Positions 28,582-42,019 of a DNA stretch of 64,000 bases are shown in pieces. This DNA is from Eledone cirrhosa (lineage: Eukaryota): assembly GCA_964016885.1 (NCBI GenBank), contig OZ024740.1:399218001-399282000 (forward strand), in the 5' to 3' direction. The position numbers and the translations under genes were made by a program. The notes under the pieces are model-generated. The model saw nothing but the letters and a program-made list of their open reading frames with translations, was not told the DNA's origin and did not search any database. Positions within the stretch are counted from its first letter, which is position 1. Each line of letters begins with the position of its first letter.

Positions 28582-28617
28582 TATATATATATAATAATAA
28601 TTATATATATATAAATG

Positions 28618-28676
<59 letters not shown>

Positions 28677-29001
28677 ATATATATATATATATGTATGTAT
28701 ATATATATATATATATGTATGTATATATATATATATATATGTATGTATATATATATATATGTATGTATATATATATATATATATGTATGTATATATATAT
28801 ATATATATATGTATGTATATATATATATATATGTATGTATATATATATATATATATGTATGTATATATATATATATATATATGTATGTATATATATATAT
28901 ATATGTATGTATATATATATATATGTATGTATATATATATATATGTATGTATATATATATATATATATATGTATGTATATATATATATATATGTATGTAT
29001 G

Positions 29002-29056
<55 letters not shown>

Positions 29057-29061
29057 GTATG

Positions 29062-29092
<31 letters not shown>

Positions 29093-29171
29093 GTATGTAT
29101 ATATATATGTATATATATATATATGTATGTATATATATATGTATGTATGTATATATATATATATATATATG

Positions 29172-29776
29172 TCAGGTCACCAGTTGGTGCTACTGGTAAC
29201 ATGTATCCCAGTACAACCTGTCTCATGGTCGGGTCGTTGGCGACTAAACTGGCAACCCCACCAAGGTTTCTTGGTGAGGAGGGTGACTTTGGACATCCTG
29301 CAGGACTAAAAACAAAACCTGTCAAAGGGCAAGGGAGCTCTTAAGAGTCAATAGCCATCCAAAATCACCGGGAGAGATGACCCCTTAGCCTTTGTCAAGG
29401 CAGAATTCTAGGAGAAGGAAAACTCTGATATAACACCTGCAACCCTGATGGTATCCAATGATGTTGACTTGTTCTTCTTTTTGGTAAATATCATCTTGGT
29501 TAAGAGAGTGGGACTGGCTTTGTGCAGTGCCTTTGCTCACTATAAAAGCTTCACAGCACAGGCATTGCTTTATATCTGGAGATCTCTCTGCACTTGTCAT
29601 CACATGGTACCATGGGCCCTGCACTATGTGTCAATAATGGTCACAAGTGTAGTCTTTGTACCAGAGTTTTCAAGTCGCTGGCTGGACTAAAAAGTCACAT
29701 TCGTTCAGCGCATCGGTAGGGGTTCTCCTACATGGATATAAAGTAGTGGCCGTACTCGAAAACGAGTTGGCAGCCA

Positions 29777-29780
<4 letters not shown>
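29172..29780 (+). mobile_element. Putative non-autonomous RTE-type element (5' UTR-like part joined to a 3' end)
   Basis: CTAGGAGAAGGAAAACTCTGA resembles RTE 5' UTRs; the 3' part encodes a zinc-finger-like remnant (FKSLAGL.SHIRSAH); 29452-29780 recurs at 61884-62202. Confidence 0.55.
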
Positions 29781-29818
<38 letters not shown>

Positions 29819-29829
29819 ATATATATATG

Positions 29830-29866
<37 letters not shown>

Positions 29867-29871
<5 letters not shown>

Positions 29872-32800
29872 TACAATGCCAAAGATAACGACAAATTCAC
29901 CTCATGCTGCCGGACGAAAGGGCAAGGACTCCTCCTCTTTGTTTCGGCCGCGGATGGCCAACATAACCCCAATCCCATCCCCCTTACCCCTCCCTGCACC
30001 CCACCCACCAAACGCAATCCAAAACTTCAGAGTTGGCACCTTAAAAGGCCGCTCTAACGAGGTTGTAGAAATGCTTGAACGTAAGGAGGTTGATGTTTGC
30101 TGTATCCAAGAGACCAGGTGGAGGGGCGGGTCTGCTAGATTCATTGTGGGTAAAAAACGATGCTATAAGCTTTTCTGGGTGGGGAATGACAATGGGCTGG
30201 GTGGGGTAGGAATCATGTTAGCAGAAAAATGGGAGGATAAGATAATAGACGTAAATAGAGTGAACGACAGAATAATTAATATAATACTTGTCCTCAATAG
30301 AACTACTGTGACAGTAATATCTGCGTACGCACCCCAATCAGGACTGCCCAGCACTATAAAAGACAGATTCTATGAGACACTGATGCTCACTACCTCCCAA
30401 ATAACCGACAGTGACTATATAATTATTGCTGGCGACCTAAATGGTCACATTGGACAACATTGTGACGGCTATGACGGAATCCACGGAGGCTATGGGTTTG
30501 GTACTAGAAATGAGGAAGGCTCCAGAATCCTGGAATTCTGTGACGCAAATAACCTAACTATCTGTAACACTAACTTCAAAAAATGAGACAATCACTTGAT
30601 CACCTACAGATCAGGGGAACATACCAACCAGGTAGATTATATCCTTACCAGAAGACGTGACAGAGTGTCTGTTGTAAACACTAAATCCCTCCCCCATGAA
30701 GAATGCACCTCCCAACATAGACTGATAATTAGCGACCTCATAGTCAGGACGAGACGTACTCGACAACAGAAGAGGACTATCCTCAGGAGAAAAATATGGA
30801 AGCTAAAGGACTCCACAGCCAGAAATAAATTTAAAAGCATATTACTTGATGCTTTCGACAGTAAAGAAGAGCATTTAGAGTCGTACAATATAGAGGAACA
30901 GTGGGAATTCCTGAAAGCAAACCTGCTGATGGCGGCAGATGAAGTCTGTGGTTGGAGCAGGCCTATAGGCAGGAGGAGAGTAACATGGTGGTGGAACAGT
31001 AAGGTGGAGGAGTCAATTAAGGCCAAAAAGCAGGCTTGGAAAGTATGGCGGGATAGGGTAAGTAGAGAAGACTATCAAGTGGCCAGGAGAGAAGCTAGGA
31101 GACAAGTGTACTTCGCAAGAAGGGAAGCAGAGGAAAGAAAGTTCAAGCATGTTCTACAACGCGAGGACCAAAAACGTGAGGTGTTCAGGATTGCTAGGCA
31201 ATGTGTCAAGGAAAACAGTGATATTGTCGGGGAGAAGTGTGTCCTTAATGATGATGGTGTACTTGCCATCACTGACGCTGATAAGAAGGTAGCTTGGAAG
31301 TGTCACTACGAAAGGCTACTAAATGAGGAGAATAAATGGGAGAAAGACAGTCTCCCCCACATCGATCCAATAGAGGGACCAGCAGTGTTAGTCGAAGGTA
31401 GTATAATAAGTAAGGCAATCAAAGATATGAAGACGGGTAAGGCGGCTGGGCCTTCGGAAATAGTTGCTGAAATGCTGAAAGCTTCTGGAACAGTGGGACA
31501 CACCATGGTCACCCAGATAGTAAACCAAGTCATACAGAATGGGGTTGTTCCGAAGGACTGGCGTAGCAACATCATCATTAACTGCTACAAGGGTAAAGGA
31601 GATGCCCTAGATAGGAGTAACTATAGAGGCATTAAATTAATCGACCAGGTCATGAAGGTCACAGAAAAAAAAATAGCGCAACTAATCAGAGAGAGAATTG
31701 ATCTAGATGAAATGCAGTTCGGGTTTGTGTCAGGTAAAAGTACCACAGACGCTCTTTTCATTGTACAACTACAGGAGAAGTACCTAGCTAAAAGTAAACC
31801 CCTATACTTAGCTTTTGTCGACTTGGAGAAAGCCTTCGACAGAGTCCCCCCGTTCCATTATCTGGTGGGCTCTTAGAAAACTAGGTGTTGATGAATGGCT
31901 TGTGAGAGCTATACAAGCCATGTATAAAGAAACAGTCAGCAAGGTTAGAATTAACAACGAATATAGTGAAGAGTTTAGCATAAAAGTTGGTGTTCATCAG
32001 GGCTCTGTTCTTAGCCCCCTTCAGGCTATAACAGTGGAGTTCAAGACCGGCTGCCCATGGGAACTCCTATACGCAGATGATCTAACGCTCATAGCTGAAT
32101 CAATGACCGAACTAGAGAAGAAATTCCAAACATGGAAGCATGGCCTAGAATCAAAAGGCCTTAAAATTAACCTGTCTAAGACTAAAGTTCTAGTTTGTAG
32201 GAAGGAAAATAGGGCACCGGTCCCATCCGGGAAATGGCCATGCTCAGTGTGTAGAAAATGAGTAGATAGAAACTCCATTTTATGTCCCAAATGCAAAGTA
32301 TGGGTGCATAAAAGATGTAGTGGGATCACAGGTAAGCTAACTAAGAACATAGATTTTATATGTGGCCGGTGCTCTGGTGCAATAAGTAGCAGCAAGTGCC
32401 CACAGAATACTAGCTCATTCCATTGCACAGATGGTTCTATAGAAATAGTGGACACCTTCCGTTACTTGGGTGACAAAATCAGCAGTGGTGGAGGGTGCTC
32501 TGAAAGTACAGTAGCTAGAGTCAGAACTGGATGGAAAAAGTTCAGAGAGCTTATACCACTATTAGCCGCTAAAGGGTTCTCTCTAAAAATGAAAGGCAGG
32601 CTGTATGATGCTTGCATACGAACAGCAATGTTACATGGCAGTGAGACCTGGACATTGTGTGCAGAGGATATACGCAGACTAGAGAGGAACGAAGCTTGCA
32701 TGCTCCGCTGGATGTGTAATAGTAATATACGTGAACGGCAAAGCTTAAACGAACTAAGGGAAAAATTAGAAATAAGAGGGATCAGATGTTGTTTACTCGA

Positions 32801-33404
32801 GAGAAGACTACGTTGGTATGGTCACGTGATGCGCATGAAAGACGACAGCTGTATAAAAATGTGCAGGGCAATAAAAATAGACGGTAGCCACGGAGTAGGC
32901 AGACCCAGAAAAACCTGGGACGACTTGATAAATTCCGACCTCACACACTTACACCTCTCCAATACAATGTCACTGGACCGAGATCTTTGGCGCTACACAG
33001 TAATAGAGAAGACCCGCCTTACCTAAATACAAAGTAAAACCTACTACAGTCAGTAGGCACCTCTAACAAAAATACACCCCCGTCCCACTACCCCCACCCC
33101 ATCTACACCACCCCTTTCAATGTAAAGTTATGTTGGTACCACAACATCCAGTCCGAAACAAATGAGGTCGTGTAGGTGTCACGACAAAAAACACACAGTC
33201 CTCGCTGTAATGTGGCCGTGTAGGTAATACGGTAAAAACCTCCCAGTCCACACTGTAAACGTGGTTGGTGTTAGGAAGGGCATCCAGCCGTAGAAAACCC
33301 GCCAGACAGTCCTATACGAGCAAGACAACCACTCTTGCCTCAAGTGGGAAAACTCCCATCCAAACCCATGCAAGCGTGGAAGATGGACGTTAAACGATGA
33401 TGAT
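29867..33404 (+). mobile_element. Near-full-length RTE LINE (family B) with stops and frameshifts
   Basis: APE (VGTLKGR, CIQETRW, AYAPQ, AGDLNGH), RT (YADD), PHD insert, 3' UTR, (GAT)n tail. Confidence 0.95.
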
Positions 33405-33597
33405 ATATATGTATGTATATATATATATATGTATGTATATATATATGTATGTATATATGACAACCTATCTAACCCATGCTAGCATGGAAAATGGACGTCA
33501 AACAGTGATGAATATGATGATGATGATGATGATGACAATGATGACGATGATGATGACAATGATGATGATGATGATGATGATGATGATTATATATATA

Positions 33598-33727
33598 TAT
33601 ATTTAATATAGAAATGGCTTCTACAGGATTAGAACTGTTTCATTTGGAGGAAATCATCAGGAATTCCTGATGATTTCCTCCAAATGAACAGTTCTAGTCT
33701 TGTAGAAGCCATTTCTATATTAAATAT
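33598..33727. ncRNA. Palindromic pair of hammerhead motifs (minus copy 33616-33666 has an intact core; plus copy 33661-33710 lacks one A)
   Basis: ~130-bp palindrome centred on GAATTC; each arm reads ttc-CTGATGA-tttcctccaaat-GAA(A)-cag..(c/t)tg-TA-gaa; related to 24884-24934. Confidence 0.75.
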
Positions 33728-34159
33728 TTATACTCTGCTATGTATTGAGTACCTTACTTACTGTGGTTACCGCTGATTGAACCCGGTATAAACATATATA
33801 TATTATATATATATATGGATGTATAAACCTGACCGCGACACCTAGTGGTGGTTTCAGCTTGTACATATATATATATATATATGTATATGTATATATATGT
33901 GTGTATATATATATATATTATATATATATATATATATAAAAAGGTTGAAGTTTAATGAAGACTTGAAGATCAATGAGTTACATAGGGTTTTAATCCTTCT
34001 ACTCAGCCATCAGCATATTGTTGATGTTTATTAAGTTGAACTTATGAAAGCTGAATAACAAAGCTGAACCGGTGAAATTTTTTCAGTTTATGTGTGAGAA
34101 GAGTGTGATTAATTACTACAAAGAATTTTACTGAAATAATAAATGCCTAACATAGGCAC

Positions 34160-34550
34160 TATGCTTGAAATTTTGGAGGAGACAACAATGGATTAACTTG
34201 ACCTCAGTATTTAAATATTTTATTTTATTGAACCTGGAAATACAATATGCAAAGCTGACCTCTGAAAGTTGGAATTCAGAACATAAAGAGTCACAATAAA
34301 TTCCTTAATACATTTTGTCCATCACTCAGACAAATCTGCCAATCCACTATTTGTTACATAATGAAAATGCCAGAAAATTGTTAGATAGGAATCAGTTCAT
34401 TGTATTGATTCTAGTGCGTCACTTTATTTTATCAAGCCTGAAAGGATGAAAGGCAAAGTTAATCATGGTGAGAATTGCATATAGAATGTAAAGAACTGAA
34501 ACAAATATTGCAAAGCATTTTATGCATTAACAATTCTGCTTTTGACTACC
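34160..34550 (-). mobile_element. Two decayed tRNA-derived SINEs
   Basis: Degenerate matches to 48024-48210 (TTTATTTTATC..GGATGAAAGGCAAAGT). Confidence 0.55.
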
Positions 34551-34665
34551 CACATATATGTTTTTATGTATGTGGGTTTGTACAAGTACATGCTGAGATA
34601 TAGATAATGGAAATAAACAAATTGTAATTTTTATCAATTTTATTGTTTTATATAATTATGTATAA

Positions 34666-34837
34666 AAGGTATAATTCTGTTTGGAGTATTAAAGAATATA
34701 TTCTGTTAAAGACTTTTGTTTTAATTCCTGTTAAAGAATTGGTTACTCTTGATAATTTGGAACTTTGCAGAGGTATGCAAAATATATGGTACAACCTTCA
34801 TCAGGAAATATCTAAATGTCAAAACAGAAAGGCGTGA
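34666..34837 (+). pseudogene. FPGS: Partial duplicate of the FPGS last intron end plus the first ~100 nt of the terminal exon
   Basis: [31 protein letters not shown] vs [31 protein letters not shown]; the intron flank is also similar; the original acceptor is deleted. Confidence 0.85.
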
Positions 34838-35438
34838 GAGAATTCTGGCTGGATATGGCCGGTTTAAATGCTAAAAGGTTAAAGTTCCTTAACTTTTTTT
34901 TTCTTGCTCTCCTGCTCCTGAATGTCAGAGGTGAATTATGGTTTAGACTATTTAAACTCTTCTTTTTAAAAACATGTGGCTTTGCAGACCTTCACTCTAC
35001 AGACCTACAGATAGTTTTATCTTCCTTTCTGGTCCCCCACCCTGCAAAAAAACAAACAAACCTCCCACCGAGTCTTCTTCCTGCCAGTTAGATATTTCAA
35101 AGCTGCTATTATCAATATTGGCACAGTGAAAGGAAGTAGGATATGTAAATGTGTGCTATGTTCTAAACGTAAAATGGAGAGGAGTTTCAGCCAGTGTCCT
35201 CACTGATAAAATATAGATTCTTCTGGATAGGTATCAAGGATGATATGAGACGTGTAGAGATACTATTGGGGGAGAACTGAGTGGATAAGGTGGTCAAAAC
35301 GTGATAAGATAAATAGTCTAGCTCTGGACAATATAACAGCGCTATTTCTTTCTTTATATGTACCACCTGTTGCACATGCATTAAATTAAATGGAGGCACA
35401 TGGCTTAGTGGTTTGAGCATTGGCCTTGCAATCGAAAG

Positions 35439-36606
35439 GTTTGTTTTGTTGGCTTTTTTAAAATCTTGTACGCTGTTAAACAAACTAAGCCCAGAAACGG
35501 CGGTTTTAGTTTCTTTTGTTTCTTGCCCCTCAAGACAAATTCAAAAGCATTTTAGGGGAACCATTGGTTAGTTAAAAAATTAATATTAAAAAATAGCGTA
35601 ATTTTCTTCCCTCCCCTTTACAAACATGGAGGCCAGTCATTTGTTATCAAAGCAGTCTGCAAGAGGCCCTCATAAAAGTGATCATCATCATCATCATCAT
35701 TTCATTTTACGTCCACTTTTTCCCTGCTTGCAAGGGTGGTACGGGACCGGATTCTGGCTTGATTTCTACAGCTGGATGCCCTTCCTAACACCAACCTCAT
35801 TTACAGTGAGTGCTGGGTGCTTTTTTGTCGTGGCACCTCCAGGACCACTTTGCAGTGGAATGATATGGACCCCAGTCCCTATCATCTCATTTCTACAGCT
35901 GAGTAAACTGGAGCAATGTGAAATAAGTGTCTTGCTCAAGGAAACAACACCACCCAGTTTGAGAATCAAACTCACAACCTCTCAATTGAAAGCCCAATGC
36001 TCTAACCACTACACCATGCGCCTTCACTTATATATATATATGGAGGCACATGGCTTAGTGGTTAGAGCATTGGCTTTGCAATTAAAAGGTTGTGAGTTCA
36101 ATTCTCAAACTGGGTTGATGTGTTGTTTCCTTGAGCAAGACACTTTATTTCACATTGCTCCAGTTTACTCAGCTGTAGAAATGAGATGATAGGGACTGGG
36201 GTTCATATTCCACTGCAAAGTGGTCGTGGAGGTGCCACGACAAAAAAGCACCCAGCACTCACTGTAAATGAGGTTGGTGTTAGGAAGGGCATCCAGCTGC
36301 AGAATCAGTTCCCGTCCCACCCTTGCAAGCAGGGAAAAGGCGGACGTAAAATGAAATGATGATCACTTTTATGAGGGCCTCTTGCAGACTGTTTTGATAA
36401 CAAATGACTGGCCTCCATGTTTGTAAAGGGGAGGGAAGAAAATTATGCTATTTTTTAATATTAATTTTTTAACTAACCAATGGTTCCCCTAAAATGCTTT
36501 TGAATTTGTCTTGAGGGGCAAGAAACAAAAGAAACTAAAACAGCCGTTTCTGGGCTTAGTTTGTTTAACAATGTACAAGATTTTTAAAAAGCCAACAAAA
36601 CAAAAC
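35439..36606. repeat. ~1.17-kb imperfect palindrome (two head-to-head SINEs plus ~240-bp flanks)
   Basis: 35439-36026 is the reverse complement of 36041-36606 around a (TA)n centre. Confidence 0.93.
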
Positions 36607-36639
36607 ATTAACAAGTCCCTAAAAGGGCAAACCTTCAAC

Positions 36640-38640
36640 AACAATTTCAAAATTTACAGAGCAGCAAAATACATGGCACAATTAATGAAGTTGTACAGGA
36701 TTATGTCATGCCCAATGACTTGCGCAGATGTATCAATGTAAATTGCTACATGGGCAAGGAGGACACATGAGAGAGCAGTAACTACAGAGGCATCAAGTTG
36801 ATGGACTAGGTCATGAAAGTGTTATAGCACAACTAATTAGGGACAATCAAGTTAGATGAGATGCAGTTTGGATTTATGTCAGGTAGATGTATTAACGATG
36901 CTCTTTTTAAGATGAGATAACTACAGGAGAGGTATTTAACTAAGAGTAAGCCACAGTATCTGGCGTTTGTAGATCTGGAGAAGGTATTTGACAGGGTTTC
37001 ACACTCTGTAATCTGGTAGGCACTTAGGAAGCTAGGTGTAGACTAATGGCCTGTGAGGGGTTTGCAGACGCAATCAGCAAAATGAGAGTTGGCAGTGATG
37101 AGTTTAAAGTGCTGGTGGGGGTGCAGTCCTCAGTCAATTCTTGTTTATCATCATCCTTTATGCTATCACTAAGGAGTTCAAAACTGGCATTCCATGAGAG
37201 CTCCTATATACTGATGACCTAGTTGTCATAACTGAATCCGTAGGAGAGTTAGAGGCAAAATTTCAATCATGGAAAGACATAAAAGTAAACTTTGCAAAGA
37301 CGAAAGTCTTAATAATTAGGAAAGATGACAGGAGGGAGATACCATTAGGGAAGTTGTCCTTGTTCAATATGTCACAAAGGGGTGAATAGAAATTGCATAA
37401 AGTGCACACAGTGTAATTTATGGACGCACAAGAGTTGCAGTGGGATTACAGGCAGGCCAACGGAAAAGAAGGAAGCACTGGGAGCACATGTGAAATAAAT
37501 ACCTTCAGTTGCCTGAGAGGGTCCTTAGAAGTTGTTGACAGCTTTTGTTACTTATGTGACCAAATTAGCATTGGGGTAGGATGTTCTGAAGTGTGATAAG
37601 AACAAGCTGGAAGAAGTTGAGAGAGCTGGTACCTCTGCTTACAATAAAGGTCTTTTTTCTCAATGTTGACGTGCAGTCTGTGTGAACTGCAATGTTACAT
37701 GGCAGTGAGACATGAGCCTTGACCGCAGAAGAATTGGGGAGAAAACGTGGTATAAGAAGAATTGTAGTGTGCAAGAGAGAAGACTGCATTGGTATGGACA
37801 TATGATGTGTATGAAAGATAGCAACTGCAAACAAAAATGCAGATAAACCCTAGTGGCTAGGACGTGTTGAAGAGGTAGACCCGGGATGAGTTGGGACGAG
37901 GTTGTGAAAATTGATCTTAAAAAACTAAACCTCACAATGGAGATAAAGGATCGCGAGGGCTAGTACTATGCTGTGCAATGTGACCTGACTTATTTCCGTT
38001 CCCCCCTTCCACTAGTTCTCCCTAGCAGCTATTCACACTACCACTATACATCCCAATCCATCCATGCTCCCTCTAAAACCCATCGATGCCCTCAATAAAG
38101 AAGTCTGATAGCTACTCACTCCACCCCTATACACCCACTCATGCTTCCTCCACTATCACTCCTAAGCTATTCTCTCCATTACTACACCTCCCCTTCTCGG
38201 CACTGGAGTGTCCCCACCTCACTACAATTGACCATACCATATATGCCCCCTTCACCACTATCTCCGCTTAAGTGTTCTCAACAACATATCCCCTCTCCTC
38301 CTGTGCTATCAAAAGTCACTCTTACCCTTCGTACTCATTCCCCTGTCAAATCACACCACACTTGCCATACATCCATAATTTCATACCTATCTCCCTTCTA
38401 TCGTCGTACCCAACACTGGGCTCTTCTTTTGGGGCAATGACCAACAGTCTCTCCAGCGTTCGTCCCAGGAAAATGTGCCCAGTGCACGCTGTAAAGTGGT
38501 GGGCAACAGGAGGGGGCATCCCACTGTATAAACCATGCCTAAAAAGGGTTGAGAACAGCCTTCAGTTATGTCACAGCGCAACAATGTCTCAAAATCCAAG
38601 TGTTAGTAGATTGATTGTGGAAGAATTCGAGTGTTCAACG
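36640..38640 (+). mobile_element. Old, decayed RTE LINE
   Basis: Remnants of NYRGIKLMD, DEMQFGF, AFVDLEK and LLYTDD with many stops. Confidence 0.85.
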
Positions 38641-39130
38641 TCATTTTTCTTATTGTGCCCTATGATGACCAGAAATTTGAGATGAAAGTAGATTGTATCG
38701 ACTCCAGTACTTACTATATTTTATTGATTCAGGAAGGATAATAGGTAAAGTTAACGTTGGCGGGATTTCAACTCATAACATAGAGAGTCGTAAATAGATA
38801 TGGCAAAGCATTTTGTCTGATGCTCTATCAACTTGGTAATGTGCACCCACTAGCAATTAGAATATACAGCAAATAGTACAATGATTTGCAGAGAATTGTT
38901 ACTGAAAATAAACAAATAACCGTGAGAAATTGACAAAATTATTCCAGAAATTCTTATAAAAGATAAAGATAAATCCCACATACATAAAAGCATACACACA
39001 TACACATACAAACTCACATACTCATGCCTTTAGATGTACATACCCTCACATAGAAGAAAACAAGTATAAAATATTCTTATGTAGATACCAATATAAAATT
39101 AATATTGAAGTTTAATTGATAGTTCTGTTA

Positions 39131-39365
39131 CTATTCTTTACGTAAAGCTTTTTTAAGATTATTCCAGAAAGCATCACTGGTCTCATTGTTGTTTGGAAAA
39201 CATATATAACTTTGTGTTTTGACTTGATGCTGCATTTGCAACGGCAGTGTGTCGACAGAGAGATCTTCGAGCATTATGACAATTACTAAATCTCTTTCTG
39301 CATGGACACATTCCATTTTAGCCATGTTATATTCAAAAATACACCATTCACTGGACAAAAAGTTC
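39131..39365 (-). CDS. Toll-like receptor, last exon (TIR C-terminal half: RNFLSSEWCIFEYNMA...FWNNLKKALRKE*)
   Basis: TTTCAG acceptor; the phase-2 join restores LLSR-NFLSSEWC; TIR box 3 FW. Confidence 0.93.
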
Positions 39366-39519
39366 CTGAAATTAAATGGAATTTACATCTATAGTAAAAC
39401 GTAAAGAACATGAGATAAATACTGTGACAATTTGATGGCAATGACTAGGAGAGGAGGTGGAGAGGGAGAGAGAACGAGGAGGGACAGAGAGAATTTAAGA
39501 AAAGGAAATGTGAGGCGAA

Positions 39520-40790
39520 AGTTGGAATTCAAATGTGGCCAAATGTGTTAGGCAGTCGTGGCAGTGGAAAGATTAACTCAAAGGGCTCCCTTCTGCTATC
39601 ACTTTTTACAGAATTTAATCTTCTAATTACAAATACAGTCTTTTAACAGTCAAATCATTTGAAGGCTAACCGGAGACACCCAAGATCTAGTTACTATCAT
39701 TTAATTGATTATATAATTACACGTCAGACAAGCACCCATGATATAAATCTCACTCACGCTCTTTCAATAGAAGAAACATAGTGTGATCATAAACTCATTC
39801 GTTCTCACATAAACATGAAAATTCAAAAGTCTATTCGGATAAAACAAATTGCTCCTCGTAAAAAAATATATGTCAACCGGTTGAAAAATGAAAGCATCGC
39901 ACAATCCTTAAATGGCTCTTTTGAAGCAAAGTCACCTCAAATTATTATAAATGATGATGTTGAGGCCTCTTGGATAAATTTGAGATACACTCTTTGAGAC
40001 AGCGAAAGAAATATCGGATGCACCAGGACTGGTTCGACTCAAATGATCCACAAATCCAATCTCTTCTTGAAGACATGCATAACCGACACCGTATTTGGGT
40101 GCTTTGATAAGAACTCATCCTCCAAACAAAGTTTTAAAATAAGCAAAGAATTATGCTCGGACCAAACTTTGTGAAATGAAACAAAACTTGTGGGAAGAAA
40201 AAGCAAAAGCACCTCAAGAAGCAGCTGACAAAGTTGATTTGAAATCCTTTTATCAAAGCTTTAAAGGAGCCTTTGGTCCTCTTCCGAATGGTTCATCTCC
40301 AGTCCTTTCTATAGAAAACGAATTATTAACCGACAGCGTGGCTGGCCAGCCGCAGGTGTGAGTCTCGCGAGTTGGGAAACGCCTTCTCCATTCTGTCCAC
40401 CGGGGCTGTGGGGAGGCCACCAATATGATTGACTGACTTGTCATTTTATCAGTCAGCTGTTGCTGTCGTTAACATCTGTCAGTCTTTTATACACTATCCC
40501 ATTTGCCCCTGTCAAGCGCTAAGTACCTATAGACAAACACAAATACACTGAGAGGCAATCAAAAGGTTGACTGAACACTTCTCAAATGTTCTCAATAGTG
40601 ACTCAAACGTTAATATGGATATTATTAACAATCTTTCACAGCAGTCTGTATTGCAATACCTGTTAAACAATCCTCTTTCAGAAATTAAAATTGCCAAAAA
40701 GAAAAAAACAAGTAGCCCGTGGTTTTCTGTTTGCGGATGATTATGTTCTTGTGGCCTACAGCTTGATAGACATGCAAACTATTCTAAATG
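39520..40790 (+). mobile_element. Decayed RTE (BovB-like) LINE with an internal deletion
   Basis: RHPRS..HLIDYIITR, HQDWFD and FLFADD remnants. Confidence 0.7.
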
Positions 40791-40794
40791 CTAT

Positions 40795-42018
40795 GCTTTT
40801 TCGGGTGCACATAACGTGGTGGTGATGATGGTGTTGGTTGTTGTGGCGGTGAGGCTGTTGTTAATGATGGTGGTGGTGGTGTTGACATCTTCACTTTTTT
40901 GTTTGTTTCGTTCTCTTTTTTTTTTGAGGGCGAAGAGTGGGAGCTCTTTCTTTTTTTTCCTTGCTCCGACAGTTTTCCACCCTTCAGCGTCATCACACTC
41001 GTTGTCTGATTGTGCAGTAGCTTAGGATGAGTGTGAACTCATCTCTTTTTAATGGGACTATGGAGTGCTCTCTGGCTTCCTGTGGGGTTCCAAAGAACAC
41101 GTCCACGGTTCCATATGTTTGTCCACGTCTAATGTGGGTTTTTTGATCCCACACATGTCCCAAAGCTTTTTTGATCCGAGACTTGGATGCCCGCTCCACT
41201 CGGTGTGATTTTATATTGATCGTGCGAAAAGATTCAGTACATAGGCGCTGATGCTCTATGGTATTTGATGGGGGTGGGTGTGTGTGACCCTGTAACCATT
41301 TTTCTTCACCATTCGCCTGACCTCATTCAGTTCTTCCTGGCTTACCTCACTCGTTTCGTTCTTGTTCGCCGCTTTAGCGAAAGACACATTTGGTTTTGCG
41401 TTGGTGTTGTTGTTGTTATTCTTATTGTTGCTGTTGTTATTGTTATTTTTGCTATTATTATTTTTTTTTGTTTCAGTTGTTGTTGTGGTGGTGGTGTCAG
41501 TGGCGTTCGACGTGGGAGAATCCATTTTGATATCACAAGATCATTTTTTGTTTCAGTTGTTGCTGTGGTGGTGGTATCAGTGTACTCTTCAACATTGTGG
41601 TGGTGGAGATGGCGGCTTCAACACCGGTAGACATTGGCAAAGGTGGAAAGTCTATGCCTGCACGTGGCAAACCTTGGTGACTGCTATTGCTGCTGCTGCT
41701 GTTAGCGAAAACTTTATCGATCTTGGAAAGTGTAGCAAGGCTCACAATGGTGGTGGTGGGAGTAGTGTGTATGTTAGAGCTGCTGCCACGAGACAGCTGG
41801 CTTGATTTGGGGAGGCGTATAGCGTCCATGTTCTTTTTCTTTTTAATTGTTTGTTTGACAAAATAAAGTTTAAATTTTGGGCTCAAGGCCCAATATTATT
41901 GAGTGTCCTTTTCAGAAAGCAATATATATGAACAATTATGGAAAATCAACAAAGATCAAAACAACTGAAAACACAAACCTTTGAGGAACTCACGATAATA
42001 CGTTTTCCTACGCAAGTC
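40795..42018 (-). mobile_element. 5' part (5' UTR plus ORF1 remnant) of a related L1/Tx1 element
   Basis: SFAKAANK and IRRGQTYGTVDVFF parallel TFAAAAAK and IERGRQYGTISVLF of the ORF1 at 46-47.7 kb; similar 5' UTR. Confidence 0.75.
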
Positions 42019-42019
42019 A

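Noticed and set aside
30584-30586. TGA in the RTE ORF as programmed readthrough
   Set aside because: Other copies encode Pro here and this copy has further lesions; ordinary decay.
36041-36115. tRNA gene (also 54851 and 10190-10260)
   Set aside because: A and B boxes are present, but they run into a SINE body and LINE tail with no proper cloverleaf.
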